Below, piece by piece: positions 28,436 through 32,000 of a DNA stretch of 32,000 nucleotides. This stretch comes from Horticoccus luteus. GTDB taxonomy: Bacteria; Verrucomicrobiota; Verrucomicrobiia; Opitutales; Opitutaceae. A program made the position numbers and the translations under genes. Under the pieces are notes generated by a model. That model worked only from the letters and a program-made list of their open reading frames with translations. It made no database searches and had not been told where the DNA came from. Within the stretch, counting starts at the first letter, position 1, and each line of letters begins with the position of its first letter. Location: contig NZ_CP080507.1 of NCBI RefSeq assembly GCF_019464535.1, positions 1,380,001 to 1,412,000 of the forward strand. Reading direction: 5' to 3'.

Positions 28436-29844
28436 GACGGGTCGTCGTCGGTGCGCGGCGGGCGTTTCGCGGAGCGGTAAAACGCGTAGTTGAGGAGGAA
28501 GCCGAGGCCGAAGACGGCGCCGAGCGTGCGAACGTTGCGCATCGCACCGACGACGTAGCCGACGGGGCTGGACTTGGGTTCCTGGACGCGACGGAGCAGG
28601 AGGCAGGAGGCGAAGCCGAGGACGGGTTGGACGAGGAAGGCGAGGTGGTAGACGTTGAGCGGGGCGTGGCCGCGGGCGAAGGCCCACGAGAGGAGCTGGC
28701 CGCCGATGATCGGAGCGATGGCGGTGACGAGGGACGTGACGGCGAGGTTGATGCCGATGGCGAGCGCCTTGGCTTCGGCGGGGATGAGTTTAAGGAGGAG
28801 ATTAAACTGACCGAGCACGAAACCGGCACCGGTCGCTCCGGCCCACGCCCACATGAAGTAGAGGAGGTTGGTGTTGTGGGGCGCGAGGAAGCACCAGAGG
28901 AAATTACTCGTCTGCCAGAGGGCGAACGAGACGAGCATGACGGGTTTATTGCCGAAGCGATCCTGCATCTGGCCCCAGCCCGGCAGCGAGAGCGCGCCGG
29001 CGGCGAGGCCGATGACCTGGAAAAAGCTGACCTCGGTGGCGGAGAGCTCGAGGCGGTTGAACATGAACAGCGTGTAAAACGCGCCGAAGGAATTGGCGGC
29101 GAAACCCCAGGCGGCGCCGAAGGCGATGAAGAGCGACAGCGACGGCGCGCGCAGCACGAGCCGGATCAATTCGCGCGGATCGCGGCGCGGCGCGTGAGGC
29201 GTCACCGGTAGAAGGCCCACGTGCATCCGGCGATACAACAGGAGCGAACAGAAACGCAGCACGACGGCGCCGGCGAAAAGCCATTGGAAGGCGACGAGGG
29301 CGTTATCCCAGCGGTCGACGAGCTCGCCGGCGACGAGAAGAAACGTGAGCAGGGCAAGCTGGAGGATGCGGTTGCGCCAGCCGAAATATTTTCCGCGCAC
29401 GCGCTCCGGGACCCACTCCTGCACCCACGTGGTCCACGACACGCCGTTGATCGATTGGAGAAAACTCGAACACAGGTAGAAGATAAAAAACCAGCGGCCG
29501 CTCGTTTGGGGATCACCGACGGGGAAACGCGTCAGGACGGCGGCCAGCGCGGCCCAGGCGGCGAAATGGAGCCAGCCGGAAGCGATGACGATGGTGCGCG
29601 CGGCGAAGCGGTGGGTGAGCGGCGGCGTGAGGAAGATCTGCAGGAAATTGCACCAGAACGGCAGCGAGACGATGAGGCCGTAGGTGTCGGCGGGCAGGTG
29701 CAGGGCGTTGGCGAGCAGGGCGGCAATGACGAAGTTGCCGGGCAGCATCAGGTAGACGAGGGGCATCGCGAGCACGCCCTCGATTCCGCAGAGCAGTAAG
29801 CTGCGGCGGACCAAGCCCCGACGTTCGCCCGCAGTGGTTGCCAT
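28432..29844 (-). CDS. MFS-type transporter
   Basis: 470 aa from ATG 29844 with about 12 hydrophobic segments. It is translationally coupled to the PfkB kinase. The substrate is unknown. Confidence 0.65.
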   Translation of the reverse strand: MATTAGERRGLVRRSLLLCGIEGVLAMPLVYLMLPGNFVIAALLANALHLPADTYGLIVSLPFWCNFLQIFLTPPLTHRFAARTIVIASGWLHFAAWAALAAVLTRFPVGDPQTSGRWFFIFYLCSSFLQSINGVSWTTWVQEWVPERVRGKYFGWRNRILQLALLTFLLVAGELVDRWDNALVAFQWLFAGAVVLRFCSLLLYRRMHVGLLPVTPHAPRRDPRELIRLVLRAPSLSLFIAFGAAWGFAANSFGAFYTLFMFNRLELSATEVSFFQVIGLAAGALSLPGWGQMQDRFGNKPVMLVSFALWQTSNFLWCFLAPHNTNLLYFMWAWAGATGAGFVLGQFNLLLKLIPAEAKALAIGINLAVTSLVTAIAPIIGGQLLSWAFARGHAPLNVYHLAFLVQPVLGFASCLLLRRVQEPKSSPVGYVVGAMRNVRTLGAVFGLGFLLNYAFYRSAKRPPRTDDDPS

Positions 29845-29862
29845 CACAATTTCACGTGGCAA

Positions 29863-30438
29863 ATGGGAGACATGCGACGCGTTGTGAAGGCTAAAGTTTG
29901 GTTGAATCCCGATCCCGTGGCGGTGGCGCGGTCGTTGCTCGGAAAATTTCTCGTGCGCGAGTCGGCGCCGGGGGCAGTTGAGGCGCGGATGATCACGGAA
30001 ACCGAGGCGTATTTTGGCGAGAGCGATCTGGCGTGTCACGCCCGGGCGGGGCGCACGCGCAGAACCGAGGTGCTCTATGCGCGCGGCGGGATTTGGTATG
30101 TGTATCTATGCTACGGCATCCACGAGATGTTGAACCTGGTGACGGGGCCGGAAGACGAGCCGGCGGCGGTGTTGATTCGCGGCGTGGAAGGCATCGTGGG
30201 GCCGGGGCGGGTGACCAGACAACTGGCGATCGGCCGGACGCTCAACGGGGCGCGCGTGGAGCCGGAGTCGGGATTGTGGATCGAGGATCGCGGGGTGGTG
30301 CTGGCGGAGGCGGATGTGATCGTCACGCCGCGGATCGGGGTGGATTACGCCGGGGCGGAGTGGGCGGGGAAACCGTGGCGGTTTGTGGTGCGAAAAAAAA
30401 TGCGGCGGGGCGAACGTCGCGCGTCAGAGGAGCTTTGA
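29863..30438 (+). CDS. DNA-3-methyladenine glycosylase (Mpg/AAG family)
   Basis: VARSLLGKFLV......ARMITETEAYFGESDLACHA..GRT.RTEVLY..GG.WYVYLCYGIH.MLN.V........AVLIR..E is the Mpg family pattern. The start (ATG 29863 or 29872) is uncertain. Confidence 0.85.
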   Translation: MGDMRRVVKAKVWLNPDPVAVARSLLGKFLVRESAPGAVEARMITETEAYFGESDLACHARAGRTRRTEVLYARGGIWYVYLCYGIHEMLNLVTGPEDEPAAVLIRGVEGIVGPGRVTRQLAIGRTLNGARVEPESGLWIEDRGVVLAEADVIVTPRIGVDYAGAEWAGKPWRFVVRKKMRRGERRASEEL

Positions 30439-31341
30439 AGGACGGAGAGACGGCGGGGCGAGCGGCGCGCGGATGAGGCGCGGGCGCGCGGCGGCGAGGA
30501 CGTCGTCGACAGTGATGGTGCTGAGGTCGGAGCCGCGGCGGAGAGCGTGGACGTGTTCGCCGGGCGGCGACCAGACGGCGGGATCGGTGGGACCGAACAG
30601 CAGGACGCAGGGCACGCCGCAGGCGGCGGCGAGATGGCTGATGCCGGAATCGTGGCCGAGGAAGAGGCGGCACTCGCGCAGGGCGGCCACGAGTTGAGGC
30701 AGCGGCAACGCGTGGGCGTGGCGGCCGAAGTTCGCGAGCGCGCCGGGGTCGGGCTCGGCGTCGCCGGTGACGATGAGGAATTCGGTGGGCGCGATTTCGC
30801 GCAGGCGCAGGCAGAGTGCGTGCCAGCGGTCGAGGGGCCAGTTTTTGCGCGGCGAGCCGCTGCCGGGATGGACCGCGACGAGACGCGCGTCAGGCGACGG
30901 GGAGCCGAGGGGGAAGCGAAAGGAATCCGCGGTGAGACCGAGAGGATGCAGCGCGGCGCAATAGTGCGCGGCGGCGGGAGCAACGGCCGGATGGGAGGGC
31001 GCGGTAAGGAAGCGTTGCGCGGGGTGGCGCGGAAAATGGCGGGCGAGTTCGCCGTCGGGATCGGGCCAGAAGTTGAGGACCAGATCGAACGCGGCGAGTT
31101 CGTCGGCGAAGGCGGAGGGCAACGGCGGGGAGGCGTAGAGCGCGGACCAGCGCGCTTCGGATTGTGAACACACGCGGTCGATCACGCCGGCGGTTTGACC
31201 CAGCGCAGCGGCGCGGGCGTTACCGACCAGCGTGATAGGGGCGGCGGGCCAGACGCGGCGGAGCAACTGCAGCGCCGGGAGGGTGACGATGAAATCGCCG
31301 AGCGCGCCGCCTCTAAGGACGAGAATCCGCGTCGGCGGCAT
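30424..31341 (-). CDS. Glycosyltransferase family 9 (heptosyltransferase-like)
   Basis: From ATG 31341: MPPTRILVLRGGALGDFIVTLPALQLLR.., ..VHPGSGSPRKNWPLDRW.. and ..FLGHDSGISHLAAACGVPCVLLFGPTDP..W.P are GT9 signatures. The 3' end overlaps the Mpg gene by 15 nt (convergent). Confidence 0.8.
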   Translation of the reverse strand: MPPTRILVLRGGALGDFIVTLPALQLLRRVWPAAPITLVGNARAAALGQTAGVIDRVCSQSEARWSALYASPPLPSAFADELAAFDLVLNFWPDPDGELARHFPRHPAQRFLTAPSHPAVAPAAAHYCAALHPLGLTADSFRFPLGSPSPDARLVAVHPGSGSPRKNWPLDRWHALCLRLREIAPTEFLIVTGDAEPDPGALANFGRHAHALPLPQLVAALRECRLFLGHDSGISHLAAACGVPCVLLFGPTDPAVWSPPGEHVHALRRGSDLSTITVDDVLAAARPRLIRAPLAPPSLRPSKLL

Positions 31342-32000
31342 CGGAAGCCGGGGCGGGTTGGGCGGCAGGGGCAGCGGTCGCGCCGGTGGGTGGGGTGTAA
31401 CTGACGAGCGTGGCCGTGCCGGTGCCGACCTTGAACTCAACCTCGAAGCGCACGGGCAGGTGGCGTTCATCCTGCGAAATCCAGACGCGCACGGAGGAGC
31501 CGCGTTTGAACATGCCTTTGGGCGGCGTCTTTTCCATGCGCGGCACGAGCACGAGCGTGCGGAAATCACCGAGGGGGGTGGAGATGTTTTCGTAGCGCTC
31601 GGCGTGGATTGTGAGTTCGTAAAACTCGTCATCGAAGAGGACGAGGGCGTCGCGTTGTTCACCGGGTTGCAGATTCCACGCGCGCGTGCTGATGAGTTGC
31701 GTGATGAGATCGACGGGCTGGCCTGCGGGCATCGAGAGCTCGCGGGATTCGCTCGTCCAGCTTCCGGGCGCGTAGAGGGCGGTGCGTTTGTCGTAATCGA
31801 AGGTGACGAAGTGCTCGCTCACTTTTTTCTTCACGAGGCTGACTTCGTGGAGGAGCACGCAGCGGCCGGTTTGCTCGTCGAAATAGGATTCGCCAGTGGC
31901 CTCGAATTTCATGAAGACGTGGGCGAGGCCGCGGGTGCGGGTGGTGGTGGTGACTTTGAGGCGTTTCACGCCGTCGAGTGCTTCGTTCGTCACGCCGATG
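31313..32000 (-). CDS. DUF3108-like protein, C-terminal part (5' end outside window)
   Basis: The frame is open to the window edge. ..YFDEQTGRCVLLHEVSLVKKK.....TFDYDKRTALY... and ...VWISQDERHLPVRFEVEFKVGTGTATLVSY resemble DUF3108 beta-barrel proteins. The tail is Ala/Pro-rich. Confidence 0.5.
   Translation of the reverse strand, partial: IGVTNEALDGVKRLKVTTTTRTRGLAHVFMKFEATGESYFDEQTGRCVLLHEVSLVKKKVSEHFVTFDYDKRTALYAPGSWTSESRELSMPAGQPVDLITQLISTRAWNLQPGEQRDALVLFDDEFYELTIHAERYENISTPLGDFRTLVLVPRMEKTPPKGMFKRGSSVRVWISQDERHLPVRFEVEFKVGTGTATLVSYTPPTGATAAPAAQPAPASDAADADSRP

Overview
GC-rich window (roughly mid-60s % by eye) of densely packed bacterial chromosome with about 35 protein genes. I saw no rRNA, tRNA, CRISPR array, transposase or integrase. 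The gene content suggests a Verrucomicrobiota/Opitutales-like organism: a PEP-CTERM protein, many prepilin-type N-termini, weak Shine-Dalgarno signals and frequent ATGA start/stop overlaps. This taxonomic call is inference only.

Most genes are ordinary housekeeping or sugar-metabolism functions:
- monomeric isocitrate dehydrogenase, xylulokinase, and a GH4 glycosidase with a divergent AraC regulator
- PriA, ribosomal proteins L21 and L27, an MFS transporter overlapping a PfkB kinase, and an Mpg-type DNA glycosylase
- GT4 and GT9 glycosyltransferases, an ECF sigma factor, a Fur-like regulator, and a HigBA toxin-antitoxin pair

Two modules stand out.
1. 17732-24708 (+) is a tightly translationally coupled pseudopilin operon in G-x-H-I-J-K order. 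It ends in a ~996-aa GspK-like protein and a small secreted protein. No secretion ATPase, platform, secretin or prepilin peptidase lies anywhere in the window.
2. 24783-26737 (-), convergent to it, is a three-gene operon. It encodes a tail-anchored coiled-coil membrane protein, a small acidic/proline-rich protein and a MamK-family actin-like ATPase, with no other magnetosome genes.

The long R/P/G-rich antisense ORFs in the six-frame track are treated as high-GC artefacts. All family assignments come from motif recognition by eye and need HMM/BLAST confirmation.
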